A stretch of 64,000 nucleotides of DNA. Origin: Octopus vulgaris. Taxonomy: Eukaryota. The translations under genes were made by a program, and so were the position numbers. Positions 1 to 12,953 of this stretch are shown here, piece after piece. The DNA is taken from NCBI GenBank assembly GCA_951406725.2, contig OX597821.1, positions 62,496,001-62,560,000 on the forward strand, written 5' to 3'. The notes under the pieces were generated by a model that had not been told where the DNA came from, did no database searches, and saw only the letters and a list, made by a program, of their open reading frames with translations. Positions within the stretch are counted from its first letter, which is position 1, and every line of letters starts with the position of its first letter.

Positions 1-194
1 CTAAGCACACACACACACACACACATGCGCGTGCGCTGACACATACAGAGAAACGCGCGTACACACAAACACATGAAGCCGCACACACACTCCCTCACAC
101 TGAAACAGAGACACATGCACACACAAGCGTCCTCGCAAAAAAAGTAACATGTGTGTGATTGTTGATAGACTCATACACATATCTATGCGTGTGT

Positions 195-205
195 CAGTTT
201 GTCTG

Positions 206-270
<65 letters not shown>

Positions 271-603
271 TTATCTATCTATCTATCGATCCGTCTGTCC
301 GTCTGGCTGGCTGTCGGATTATCTGATTGTTTGTCTGTGTATCTTTCTGTCTGATTATCTATCTGTCTTTCTCTCCGTCCGTCTGTCTGTCCGTCCGTGC
401 ATCTGATACACGACCCCTTTTAATCATTTTTTTACTTTCTTCTCACGACCCCTTTTGACCGGGATCTTATTTTGCTCCGTTTTTTCTATTTTCGAAAAGA
501 AAAGCTCTGCATTGTATTTCGTACCCTCTGTGTTCGACTCTGTGTTGCTAATAACGAAACTTATCTATCTATCTATCTATCTCTCTATCTCTCTCTCTAT
601 CTC

Positions 604-670
<67 letters not shown>

Positions 671-793
671 GTCTGTCTGTCTGTCTGTCCATCCATATAT
701 CTACCTGTTTGTCTGTCTGACTGTCTATGTGTCTCTATACATCTATCAGTCTATCTCTCTGTCTATCTGTCTGTCTGTCTATCTATCTCTCTG

Positions 794-844
<51 letters not shown>

Positions 845-876
845 GTCTGTCTATCTATCTATATATATGTATATAT

Positions 877-933
<57 letters not shown>

Positions 934-935
934 CA
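195..935. repeat. Compound (TATC)n/(TGTC)n/(TA)n microsatellites
   Basis: Directly visible tandem arrays; they generate the IYLS/YIYI ORFs. Confidence 0.97.
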
Positions 936-1269
936 TATATTCGTATATCGTATTATATACTATGTCACATTTATACGTGTATACATCGATGAACATATGC
1001 ATCGATGAGAGAAATGGATATATCTATGTATAGGTACATGTGTATTGAATTGTATAGAAATAAACATGTAAGTCAGTGTGGTCATACGTGTATGCGTATG
1101 CAAGCCTCGACGATATTGTGCGCGTGTTTGTGTTGATATATAAGCAATTATGTATATAAAATGTTCCCTACATAACAATGTATACATCTGTATTGGAAAT
1201 ATGTGAGCGCTGTATCGATAGTTTGTCGAAGATGATCAAGCTCAGATGGTAAAGTGTAATAGTAGAGAT

Positions 1270-1580
1270 TATGACGATGATGATGATGATGATGATGAGG
1301 AGGAGGAGGAGGAGGAGGAGGACAACGATGATGATGATGACGATGATGGTGATGAGGACGTTCATCATGTTGATGATGATGATGATGATGACGATGACGG
1401 CGACGAAGCTGATGCTGATGATGTTGATTGTGGTAGTGGTGATGGTGGTGTTGGTGGAGATAGTAATGCTGGTGTTGATTATGACGAGGAGGAGGAAGCT
1501 GTAGCCGATGATGAGGGCGATCGTGATGATGATGATGACGATGTTGATGACGATGAGGATAATGATGATGTTGATGAGGA
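1270..1580. repeat. Mixed trinucleotide low-complexity tract (GAT/GAG/GAC/GGT)n
   Basis: Cryptic GAT-family repeat; reads poly-D/E, poly-M/R or poly-I depending on frame. Confidence 0.9.
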
Positions 1581-1711
1581 AAAGGGAACCGTTGGTATTG
1601 TTATTGAGGATCTGTACATACATACACAAATATACATACATGCATGTATATATATATATATACACACACACATAGACGCTCACACACAAGCAAAAAAAAA
1701 ACAACAATAAA

Positions 1712-1713
1712 TG

Positions 1714-1749
<36 letters not shown>

Positions 1750-1848
1750 AGTATATATATATATACACACACACACACAAGTATATATATATATACACAC
1801 ACACACAAGTATATATATATATATATACACACACACACAAGTATATAG
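1712..1848. repeat. ~30-bp compound minisatellite [(TA)n(CA)nAG], about 4 units
   Basis: Repeated unit tatatatatatacacacacacacaag. Confidence 0.85.
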
Positions 1849-2106
1849 GTTTGAATATATATGTGTGTGTGTGCAAAACACATACAATGTAGAAATGATT
1901 ATTTTTGTTTGTAATTTTGTTGTTGATTTTTTATTGTTCTTCTACCATTTTATTTCCACTTTCATTTATTAACATTTGTCTAATTGTTTCCCTCCATGGC
2001 TTGTGTGGTGCTTGCTCGTCGCGCTTTAATCCCAACCGTAGTAGCTGTAGTTGTAATATTTGTTGTCGTGGTTGCTGAATGATGTTACAGCCCCTACTTC
2101 TCTACT

Positions 2107-2137
<31 letters not shown>

Positions 2138-3092
2138 CTCTCTCACTTATTCCCTTCTTTTCTTCGCTGTTATTATTGTTACTACTGTGGATGTTGTTGT
2201 TGTTGTTGTTGCTGTTTCCGTTATTGATTTTTTTTTTCCTTCTTATGTTATCAGTCTTTCCATTCAATTTCAATCTTTATCTTCTCCTATTCTTTCTTTT
2301 CTGTTTTACTTCTTCCTTCGAACAATTCTCCTCTGGCTACCTCTACTCTTCACTCATTTTTTTCTCGCTCCTTCTTCTCTCTTTCTCTCTGTCTCTCTCT
2401 CTCTCTCTCACCCTCTCCCTCCTTGTGTCTCTACATTTATTTTACACCACTCTACTCCCCTCAGTTCTCTTTATATATTTACATTTTACGCGATCATTCA
2501 ATGCATTGGCATTTTTTCTCTCTGTTTATACTATGTATGGATCTCCCGGTTTTTCTCTTTCCCTTTCTGTTCTGTCTTTCTTCTTTTCTCTCTCCCCTAT
2601 TCCTCTATCACTTCAACAAAAACCCACATTCAAGCCCCATTCACTTAATATCGTTCTCTATTCATCCGTTTCTTTCTTACTATTTCTGTTTTCTATCAGT
2701 ATTTTCCCATCTATTTTTTTTACTCGCTCTTCATAGCTGCTCAACCTTTGCTCAATTCCATAATTCTGTTCTTTTACTCATTCAGCCAATCGTTTGTTCT
2801 TTCATTCAGCTGTTCTTTCTTTCTCTACATCTTACTATCTCAAACCAATATCTGTCCTTCGATGGTCAACCAGCGTTACTATGTATACATCATTACTACC
2901 CTATCAACAACTCACACTCTCATATATACAAAGACCACGCTTCGCCACTGCCGTTATAACTAAAAATCATAATTTCTCTCATAGTCAATCGACAGTCACT
3001 GTTGATAGTCGGCACCCACAATAACATTCTTCAAGTCGTTTGTTCATGAAGTTCTTTTCAATCATATACAAACTTCACTACTTCAACAATGC

Positions 3093-3134
<42 letters not shown>

Positions 3135-4013
3135 CCTTCGAAAAGTGGAGTAGATGAAACAGGGATAACTGAAGAAGGGGAATATTCTTTATGTTGAATG
3201 TCTCGTTTCCCTGTTTGTTTGTTTTTTTTTTTCGTTGTTCGAAAAAGAGTTCGTTTGTATGTTTTTGTTTTTATCTTTTCCTTTCCCATTGGGTTCAACG
3301 TTCTTTTGATGTCCTGTACCCATATATGCATGAATATATACATATAGATAGATGTAGGTATGTACATATATCTATGTATATATGCATAGATTAATATATT
3401 AATTATATATATGTATGTATATATAGACATATATATATATATATACATATATATATGTACACACACACACATAAATGTGTATATGCATATCCGTGTCTAT
3501 ATATGTGTGCATATGTTTGTGTGTGTGTGTGTTTGGATATTTGTATGTATATAGGTACTGGTTTCTGCCAAAATGCTGCGTCCATGGTGGGACAATACTT
3601 TCAGGCCTCACTCCAACATTTATTGCTGTTACATAAATATATACTTATATATATATAATTTCTTTTATCAGCAACTATTTTATCGAATTCCTAAACGTCT
3701 CTTTGTCTGGGATACTATCGTACAAAAAACAATGAATGCACTTCACATTTTGTTCAGCCACAGATAAATACACGGACTTGCACACACAAACACACAAACT
3801 TGTGCACACGCACACACACGCACACACACATGGACATACACAGACTAGATAATCTCATAGAATCGAACATGGAACATGTGTTGCGAAGGAAAATTTCATA
3901 TCTAAAAACACACGCATACACATGCACGCGAACACACACACATATGTATGTATTGATGCATGTGTGCTTGTGTGTGTGTGTGTATACATATATATACATA
4001 AATATATATGCAT

Positions 4014-4102
<89 letters not shown>

Positions 4103-4129
4103 CATAAATAGATATATGTATATAAATAT

Positions 4130-4325
4130 ATACGCATGGTATGCCTCCAACAAACGCATCACAACCGATTTTGGTGTGTTTACCGTAACTTAACAGTTTG
4201 GCAAGACGGACGTATAGAATAAATACCACGCTTTGAAAGATAAATATTGGGATGGATACCACCGACTAAAAATTCTTCGAACCAGTGCTCCAGCATGGCT
4301 ACAGTCAAATAACTGGAACAAGTAT
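4130..4325 (+). mobile_element. SINE family A, diverged 3' half
   Basis: acaaccgat...ggtgtgtttac...gtaacttaac...gtgctccagcatggctacagtcaaat matches the 3' half of the copies at 37011 and 49801. Confidence 0.7.
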
Positions 4326-4457
4326 TAGAGTACACCTGTAAATATGTATGTATGTATGTATGTATTAATGTATGTATGTATGTATGTATGTATTTATGTA
4401 TGTATGTATGTATGTATGCATGTATGTAGCTATCTATCTATATATCTATCCCTCTCA

Positions 4458-4502
<45 letters not shown>

Positions 4503-4569
4503 GTCAAAAGCAGAGCTATATATAGTTAAAAGCTGAGCTATATGTATATAGACCTGAAACAGAGCTAAA

Positions 4570-4770
4570 AACAAAAAAAAAAGAGAAAAAAACAAAACAA
4601 ACGTGTGGACATAGCTCTGGCAATGTTTTAATATGACGCTTAGAGGAAGAAGAGAGTTCGTGTTTTAGGTTTCGAGCATAGCTCTTTGTTGGAAACAGGA
4701 AAAACAGAAAAGTCTAAAGGGAAAGAAGGAAGTAGGGGAAAAAATCACCAACACTCCACGTGCGGTTACT
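4570..4770 (-). mobile_element. Diverged copy of the ~200-bp PLE-like element (degenerate HHR core)
   Basis: Similar to 5113-5316; minus strand reads ccaacaa-a-gagc-tat-gctc-gaaac, with the CUGA core mutated. Confidence 0.6.
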
Positions 4771-4778
4771 TTCCTGAA

Positions 4779-4835
<57 letters not shown>

Positions 4836-4889
4836 TATACATTTATATGCATGTGTGTGTGTGTCTGAAAGTCCAAGAGTACTTGCTAT

Positions 4890-4939
<50 letters not shown>

Positions 4940-5112
4940 GCATATATGATATATATTCTGAAGTGTATATAGACATGCATATATCGGAGTGGGCTGCACA
5001 ATCGTCGGTACATGTTACATGTTCTTCTCTCTCTCTCTCTCACCCACACATTCTATCTCTCTATTTCCCTCTTTCTCACTTCTTCTGTTTGTCCTTCATA
5101 TGTATATATATA

Positions 5113-5316
5113 GTTAATCAAAACATGAGAGCACAAAAAAAAAACAACAACGCGAGGACGTGGAATAAATATAGTATTATTGGACGCTCAGGAATGAAGG
5201 AGAGAAGGAGGGCTTACGTTTCGAGCGGAGCTCTTCGTCAGAAACATAGGAAAAGGAAAGACCCAGAGAAGGGAAGTCGGAGGGAAAAAAATCGCCAACG
5301 GTACACACGCGGTCAC
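5113..5316 (-). mobile_element. ~200-bp non-autonomous Penelope-like element with HHR core
   Basis: Same boundaries and sequence as 31907-32108; flanked by (TA)n; minus strand 5245-5212 reads CTGACGA-A-GAGC-TCC-GCTC-GAAAC-GTA. Confidence 0.7.
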
Positions 5317-5769
5317 ATATATATGTGTGTGTATGTGTGTGTATACACGCAGATATACATGTATATAAGTATGTATATATATGTGCATATGCATGTCTAT
5401 ACAAACTTCATATGAGACAATTCATACATATGGAAGTTAGTATTCATTATCCTTTGTTGAATTACGTTATAGTATTGTATACCGAGCTTAACCGCGTGAG
5501 TACAACGCGGTTTCTTATCTATAACGAAATTAACGAAATTTCATCTTGTTTTCGGGTATCAAGGTATACCACAATGCAGTGCTATAATGAACCCTCTACT
5601 CAATTAGAATATCTACTTTCCTTCTAAAGGAACCTAAATAGTAAATGAATTACGAATATGGTACATAAATATGTCGTTGGGAAATCGTCGAGTTATTTAT
5701 ATTGATACATGCATACATGCTTATACATATATACATACATACGTACATATATATGTTTATATATATATA

Positions 5770-6447
5770 GGTTTTGGCCAGTATTGGCCTAGACCATATC
5801 TAACTTGATAGCACTACCTGGCGAAGTCATTCAAATCAGCAATCAGAATACATGGCCCACCCGTGTAGGGAGTTATTGTTTACAGAGACGTATTGGGCTG
5901 TAGGAGGTTTATCTTCTTGAACTTTATGGGGTCTGTTTCTGCTTTAATGTGTTTTGGTGGAATGTTAAAGTGAGCCGGACCAATTGAGGTTAAATAATTG
6001 TGCCGTATTGTTACGTTATGTGAGCATGATTTATGTCGTGGGCGGATAGCACGGGGCCTAAGTCTTGGATGTATCTGAAAGGTGATGCGAATATCATTTG
6101 GGCAATGCTGATGGAATATTTTCCACATCAAGCAGATGATGTAGCGCACATGGCGGCGCTGGAGAGAATAGAACTTGAGTTTTTCTAGTCGTCTCCAATA
6201 GGCAAAGCCAGTCGTGTCATCTATCTTTTTTGAAATTGATCTTTGGAATGCTTCAAATTTCTCTTTGTTTCCCGTGGGGAGACAAGAGTGGACAATAGTA
6301 TTCAAGGTGGGGTCGGGCAAAAGTGGAGAAGAGAAGCATAATGGTCTGGATATCTCTTGACTGGAAGGTTCTGAGTATCCAGGAACACATTGTGTAGGCC
6401 ATGTCAATTTTGCTGCTTATATGAGCGGTCCAGCTTATGTTGTTTAC

Positions 6448-6450
<3 letters not shown>
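5770..6450 (-). mobile_element. 5'-truncated CR1/L2-group LINE (RT C-terminus and 3' end), frameshifted
   Basis: Peptides ...WTAHI...WILRTF...LFSTFARPHLEYYCP and (other frame) ...YWRRLEKLKFYSLQRR match the CR1-group 'RPHLEY' and 'Y..RL..L.L.SL..RR' motifs; bounded by (TA)n. Confidence 0.85.
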
Positions 6451-6522
<72 letters not shown>

Positions 6523-7106
6523 GTTATAAAAATAGTGTTCTGTAAAATAATTTACTTTACCACACACCGAACTTTTTAGAGATAGCAGCCAAAAATCTTA
6601 GGTATTTCTTCTATTGGGCGGAGGGGGACGAATGCGAGGTCTCATTCGTATTTTTGAATACGTTGGTACAGGCAGTCGAATATGGTTTGTCTGGGATTAC
6701 TAATATCAGACGGGTATGTTCGATTTTTAGTGCTCTCAAATCCAAATCAAAAGAAATCTGTGAGCTGACGAAGGAAATGTTGATCTTTATATTCAACTAA
6801 TCCAGAAACGGGCCGTCCTCAGGTAATCTTATATGCGTGTGATCTTTCATTATTTTTCCCTCTATACCTGTGTGAGTTATTTTTGAGTATGCATTGTCTG
6901 GGAGATTTTTCTTACAGTAGAAGAAATAGCTAAGATTTTTGGCTGCTATTTCTAAAAAGTTCGGTATGTGGTAAAGTAAATTATTTTACTGAACCCTATT
7001 TTTATAACGTAATGTTTCAAATATACCATAAATGGTCTTTTTACAGACTGAACACTACTTGGTAAAATTAATTAATAATTAATTAGTTTTACCCTTTTAT
7101 TATTGA

Positions 7107-7107
<1 letters not shown>
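6523..7107 (+). mobile_element. Fold-back PLE-like non-autonomous element (~90-bp inverted repeat, internal HHR)
   Basis: 6523-6613 is the reverse complement of 6918-7008; flanked by (TA)n; HHR core at 6761-6821; 3' part homologous to 43691-43850 (minus). Confidence 0.75.
6761..6821 (+). ncRNA. Candidate type I hammerhead ribozyme
   Basis: UGAG-CUGACGA-A-GGA..GUUGA/UCAAC..UCC-A-GAAAC-GGGCC-GUC-CUCA: stem I UGAG/CUCA, near-palindromic stem III, GUC triplet ending at 6817. An extra A on each side of stem II is non-canonical. Confidence 0.6.
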
Positions 7108-7140
<33 letters not shown>

Positions 7141-7146
<6 letters not shown>

Positions 7147-7425
7147 CAGAATGAGATAAAAATTCAAGGCTGTGAAAGATTTCAGACATTTATAAAGAGA
7201 AGGTCTTATGGCTGTTTCCGGGATATTTTATATATGCCTTCATCGAACGGTGCGAAAAAGTGGTTAAGCAATAGTTATTCGCTCTAGAATAATTATTACT
7301 TAACTTATTTCCCGAAACGTCTCCAAAGTAGGGATATATAAAATATCACGGACACAGCAATAAGACCTCTTTATAAATGTCTGAAATCTTTCACAGCCTT
7401 GGATTTTTATCTCATTCTGTTAATT
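7141..7425. mobile_element. Fold-back element with ~95-bp inverted arms and degenerate HHR-like core
   Basis: 7141-7239 is the reverse complement of 7330-7425; the arms suggest a consensus (c)gatga-a-gggatat-ataaa-atatccc-ggaaac-agc. Confidence 0.7.
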
Positions 7426-7827
7426 TTTTTTTATTTATATGCATACTAATATATGACATTCGTTAAACTCCGCATTCGCATAATAAGCCACCCTGGAGTT
7501 TAACTATAATCTGTCCATAGTACTTACTCAGCATTTCCTGACACATTTGGGTCTTCTTGACACCATTACTCTCATAACCTGAATATATATATATATGTGG
7601 CAAATGAAAAACAGGAGATAGAATATATGAGAATTTATAATAAATCACAGTTGTTTCGACACATCTAGCATCGATTCCTCTTGGGTTCAGGAGCATCTAG
7701 CGGTGCAAATGTCGGCGATAAATACTTTTATATAGAAGATCAAAAATCAAGTCACTGATGACAAAAAGAGAAACGAACCTGCAATGTTGTGAGAAAAGTA
7801 CTAAATGTATATATATATATACATATA

Positions 7828-7867
<40 letters not shown>

Positions 7868-8468
7868 CGTGTGTGTATGTGTGTGTGTATGTGTACTCGG
7901 ACGTACATGTACATGTAATTTCAGGAAATACTTATATGCATAAAGAATTTTATTTATATATAAATATACACATACACATAAACAAACACGTGTTCCCGTG
8001 ACAAACACCTACACTCACAGACACACACATACATGAGTGAATAGGTACATGTAAATAGCATAGATATGCCAGTATATTTAAATATATATATATAATTATA
8101 TATGTATACATTCACGAATTCCAATATAGAAGTGTTAGCGAGAGACAGGCATGCACGTACTTAAGAAAGACACTCAATGCAGCAGAAACAAGAGTTGAAT
8201 ATAATAATACTGTATTTAAAGTATAATTTAGGAGTTTAGGAATGTGTTTAGATCACTTTGATCTCCTCAGAACTTGTAATTGAAAATACACATCCGAATT
8301 AAAGATACAGTTGAGGATGGTACAACGAGGAACATAATGTACACGTTATAATCCATGTGCGATAAGTGGCAATTCAGACTATAAATGGTACAGAGGTAAT
8401 AGCCGAAATTGATACCGATACATAAATGCAGGCATACATACATATATACGTAAGTGCATGCCTTCATA

Positions 8469-8518
<50 letters not shown>

Positions 8519-8665
8519 ATGATATGATATGAAATACGTTTGTGTTTATCTCCATCTACATAACTATATTTATATGTAGTTATCTTGCAACCTAGCTGCC
8601 TAGATATATGTATATGTATATGTATATACATGATACACATGCATGGGTATCTGATAATGGTAACG

Positions 8666-8970
<305 letters not shown>

Positions 8971-8975
8971 CGTTA

Positions 8976-9552
8976 TTGAGTGAGAGAACAGTGCATGCCA
9001 TCAAAGTGACGCTGGGGTAAAATAGATGAAGCCCAGTATACCCATCATGACTACTCGTCTGGTAAGAGTACACTAGGCACATGCATCACAACCGTATGTG
9101 CAAGACATGGTGATCTCATATCAAGATAAATAGCTCATGATCTTGCAGGTGGGGGCCAGTTTGAATTTTCTTCAGATCGAGTAGCCCATCCCGCTCAAAA
9201 GGTCCTTGAACAAGGATTGTTTAAGGATGTTGAATAAACCACCCATGTTTCCAAACCTTTAAGAATTCCTTTCAACACTACTCCCTGCTACTTCTTCGCA
9301 TGATCAGAGATGCACATATCGTCAACCACTAAGGGACATGGTCAACTGGTTAAGGTCAAACAACTGACAAGCAAATCCGTTGTATTGAGCAGAATATTTG
9401 CTGTAGCCCATCTTTTATACCAAGACAAAACAACGTACATGATAACATTTCCAATCAGTTAAGATCAGAAGCCATGAGAGCCACTGTCAGGTACTGCATC
9501 AGGGCATGATCAGAAGCCATGGGAGCCACTGTCTGGTACTCCATCAGGGCAT
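8976..9552 (-). mobile_element. Non-coding interspersed element embedded in (TAA)n, with 45-bp terminal tandem duplication
   Basis: GC-richer ~575-bp block between two long (ATT)n tracts; 9463-9507 is repeated at 9508-9552. Orientation and a link to R4/Dong are inferred from the TAA flanks. Confidence 0.6.
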
Positions 9553-9735
<183 letters not shown>

Positions 9736-9829
9736 TAGCAAACATCTGCACGAACTTTTTTTTATCTGTTTTACAAAGTAATATAGTCTTGCCGACCCAA
9801 ACCAGCAGCAAGCTTTTTGGAGTTTCTGA

Positions 9830-9893
<64 letters not shown>

Positions 9894-10360
9894 TGTGTAT
9901 GTGTGTGTGTGCATGTGTGTGTCTGTATGTGAGCGTATGCACATGTATATATATATAATTTCTAAGTAAGAGTCTAGAGAAATACTCTACTTCAATAACT
10001 TGTACTTTAATAAACGTCTATTCCCGGAGTTCTATTTTTTTGTTTCCATATTCTCAACAAGTACATTGACAATCAATAAAATAATAATTGTAAGGAAATA
10101 ATGCTCTCTACAACTGAAAATGTACACAATGCAATCTGAAATGAATAAGTGGTGATGAGTCAGCGACTGGAAACGAATAACGTATCATCTGATTTGCAGA
10201 AAAGGATGCCAACTATTTCAGTTTCCATGCATCATTTAATTCGAAATTTGCGTTTAATTTGAGAATGCGCATTTAATTTTTCTTTCTCTTTGGATTTATC
10301 AATACATGACCGCTTGTCAAGTCATTGAAAGAATCTAGAAATAATATGATATTCATACAT

Positions 10361-10412
<52 letters not shown>

Positions 10413-10504
10413 GTATATATATATGTATATATACATATACATATATACAGATGGATAGATAGGTATAGATATATATAGACATATGTATAAATGTATGTCT
10501 GTAC

Positions 10505-10544
<40 letters not shown>

Positions 10545-10583
10545 TATATATGTGTGTATATATATATGTATATATACACATAA

Positions 10584-10617
<34 letters not shown>

Positions 10618-11278
10618 GTATATATGGTAATGTAGAGATAATGTGGTCGATACACTTACACACAGATGCATCAGTCTTTATAATTGTGCGTATGTAAATA
10701 TGTGCTTATGCAAGTAACACGCTTTTTCGTGAGTTCGCGTATTTAAGTCTAAGATATTGTGTGCGTGACATGAGAAATATATGTCAGTAGTTAAGCATGT
10801 ATCTCATGTACTTACGTATGTGCGTGTATTGTGAAAAAGTATGTGTATATACCTTATTGTTGGAAGTAGAACACCACCGCTTCATAACAGTTCAATTATT
10901 TTCCAATACAATATCCTTTTCTAAATTCCTGCACGTGTATACTGGATAGATGGAAGATCGCAAGTACAGATGGTTGCACGCATATGACGTTGAAGACGTA
11001 TTATATTTCCAGGTAACCGTAAGCTTGAACGCACGACGAAGTCAATATCCAATTTGACATTTGAAGTTTGTATTTTGATATATATGTCTACAGGAACGAG
11101 GTAGTTTAAGCAAACCGTCCACATTATAAGTCAACCAGATTATTGGTTGACTTAAATAAAAGAACATGTACATTGGTACTCGAAATAACAGTGTACTAAT
11201 CCTCAGGCCATATTATACCGTCTTGAAACCAGAAAGAAAAGATGGGAAGATGCATTACACAATGCAGACCGATATATA

Positions 11279-11329
<51 letters not shown>

Positions 11330-11629
11330 AGTTAAACGCAGGTGTTATTCAAATTCTTTTACTTCCAAACATATGTTTCGAAGAAAACATTGGTATTATT
11401 CCAGAAGGAATAAAAGCAATGTTGTCTTCGAAATATATGTTGGAATTTACAGGATTTGAATAACATTTGCGTTTAACTCCTTTTATTTATTGATCTATAT
11501 TATACAAAATATTTCACCTTAACCCGGAATTTCTACCTGTATAAATAGGTTGTTACATCCTTGTTACTTGTGTGAATTACTGCTACCCTGGTAACTTTTT
11601 ATTTTTCCCCTGTTATATGTAAACAGTGA

Positions 11630-11850
<221 letters not shown>

Positions 11851-12014
11851 AGTGAACGGAATGGTTATCATTAGATCGGCTAAACAAAGAAAACAGCTAA
11901 TGTACTAGGAATACATTTTGCAAGAACGTACGTGATCATAATTTCCAGTCTGTCTATGCACGTGTGCATATGTATACATGATTGTATTAATTTACTGATA
12001 CACTAGTATATATA

Positions 12015-12174
12015 GGCGCAGGAGTGGCTGTGTGGTAATTAGCTTGTTTAACAACCACATGGTTATAGGTTCAGTCCCAATGCGTGGCATCTTGGGCATG
12101 TGTCTTGTACTATAGCCTCGGACTGTCCAAAGCATTGTAAGTGGATTTGGTAGACGGAAACTGAAAAAAGCCCG

Positions 12175-12241
<67 letters not shown>

Positions 12242-12251
12242 TATATATATA

Positions 12252-12299
<48 letters not shown>

Positions 12300-12469
12300 T
12301 CTTCCCACACCATCTCTTGACAGCTGATGATAGTGTGTTTACGTCCCCGCAACTTAGCGGTTCGGCAAAAGTGATCGTTAGAATGAGTACTAGGCTTACA
12401 AAGAATAACTGGATTTGTTTGACTAAATTCAGTGCTCCTGTCTGGCCGCAGTGAAATTACTGAAACAAT
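12015..12469 (+). mobile_element. tRNA-derived SINE family A with expanded internal (TA)n(TG)n
   Basis: A-box-like gtggctgtgtggtaa, B-box-like ggttcagtccc, CORE-like cttgggca.gtgtctt; homologous to the copies at 21305, 25007, 37011, 49801 and 56205. Confidence 0.9.
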
Positions 12470-12825
12470 ATGAATACGTAATTATAATTTGTATGTTTTG
12501 TACGAAGTGGTTTACTGTCTCTGATTACAAATTTAGATTTTGTGATTCTTATATTTAACTGTTGACTTTAATCTTAAGGTCTTTTTCAATTTGACTGCCA
12601 CAAATAGCACTATCCTCTCTATTCTCCAACAACATAATAAATTCAGTTAGACATTGAGTCATACAAGATGATGCACAAATTGTTAATATAATTGCTGTAA
12701 AGATGAAAGTGCATGTAAACCTTGTCAAGTGCTTCAGATATTCCTTGCTACGTCTACCTCAAATATGCAATTGACTTTCACATATTTCTATTTAATGGTC
12801 GCGTAACATACATGAATGTACACAC

Positions 12826-12891
<66 letters not shown>

Positions 12892-12902
12892 ATGAATACA
12901 TC

Positions 12903-12953
<51 letters not shown>

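Noticed and set aside
149-1033. ORFs of 82-192 aa rich in IYLS/YIYI (and dozens of similar ORFs across the window)
   Set aside because: They are translations of stop-free (TATC)n, (TA)n, (CA)n and (ATT)n microsatellites, with no protein signal.
1246-1710. 154-aa highly acidic ORF
   Set aside because: A GAT/GAG trinucleotide tract running into TA/CA repeats; open in several frames, with no domain or splice evidence.
2079-2959. Three overlapping hydrophobic ORFs resembling membrane proteins
   Set aside because: Pyrimidine-rich (CT) low-complexity DNA that lacks stops by composition.
3133-3320. TA-adjacent insert containing ctgaagaagggg as a possible HHR
   Set aside because: No stem II partner or GAAAC at a suitable distance; probably a repeat fragment, but I could not classify it.
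10150-10180. gtgatga-gtc-agc-gac-tg-gaaac HHR-like string
   Set aside because: C3 is missing, there are extra bases before GAAA, and there is no stem I/III or element context.
10945-11025. Possible plus-strand exon (MEDRKYRWLHAYDVEDVLYFQ followed by gtaac)
   Set aside because: Too short, with no convincing acceptor, partner exons or recognisable family.
11127-11154. 11-bp-arm hairpin taagtcaacca/tggttgactta
   Set aside because: Isolated; bacterial terminator logic does not apply and it could be chance.
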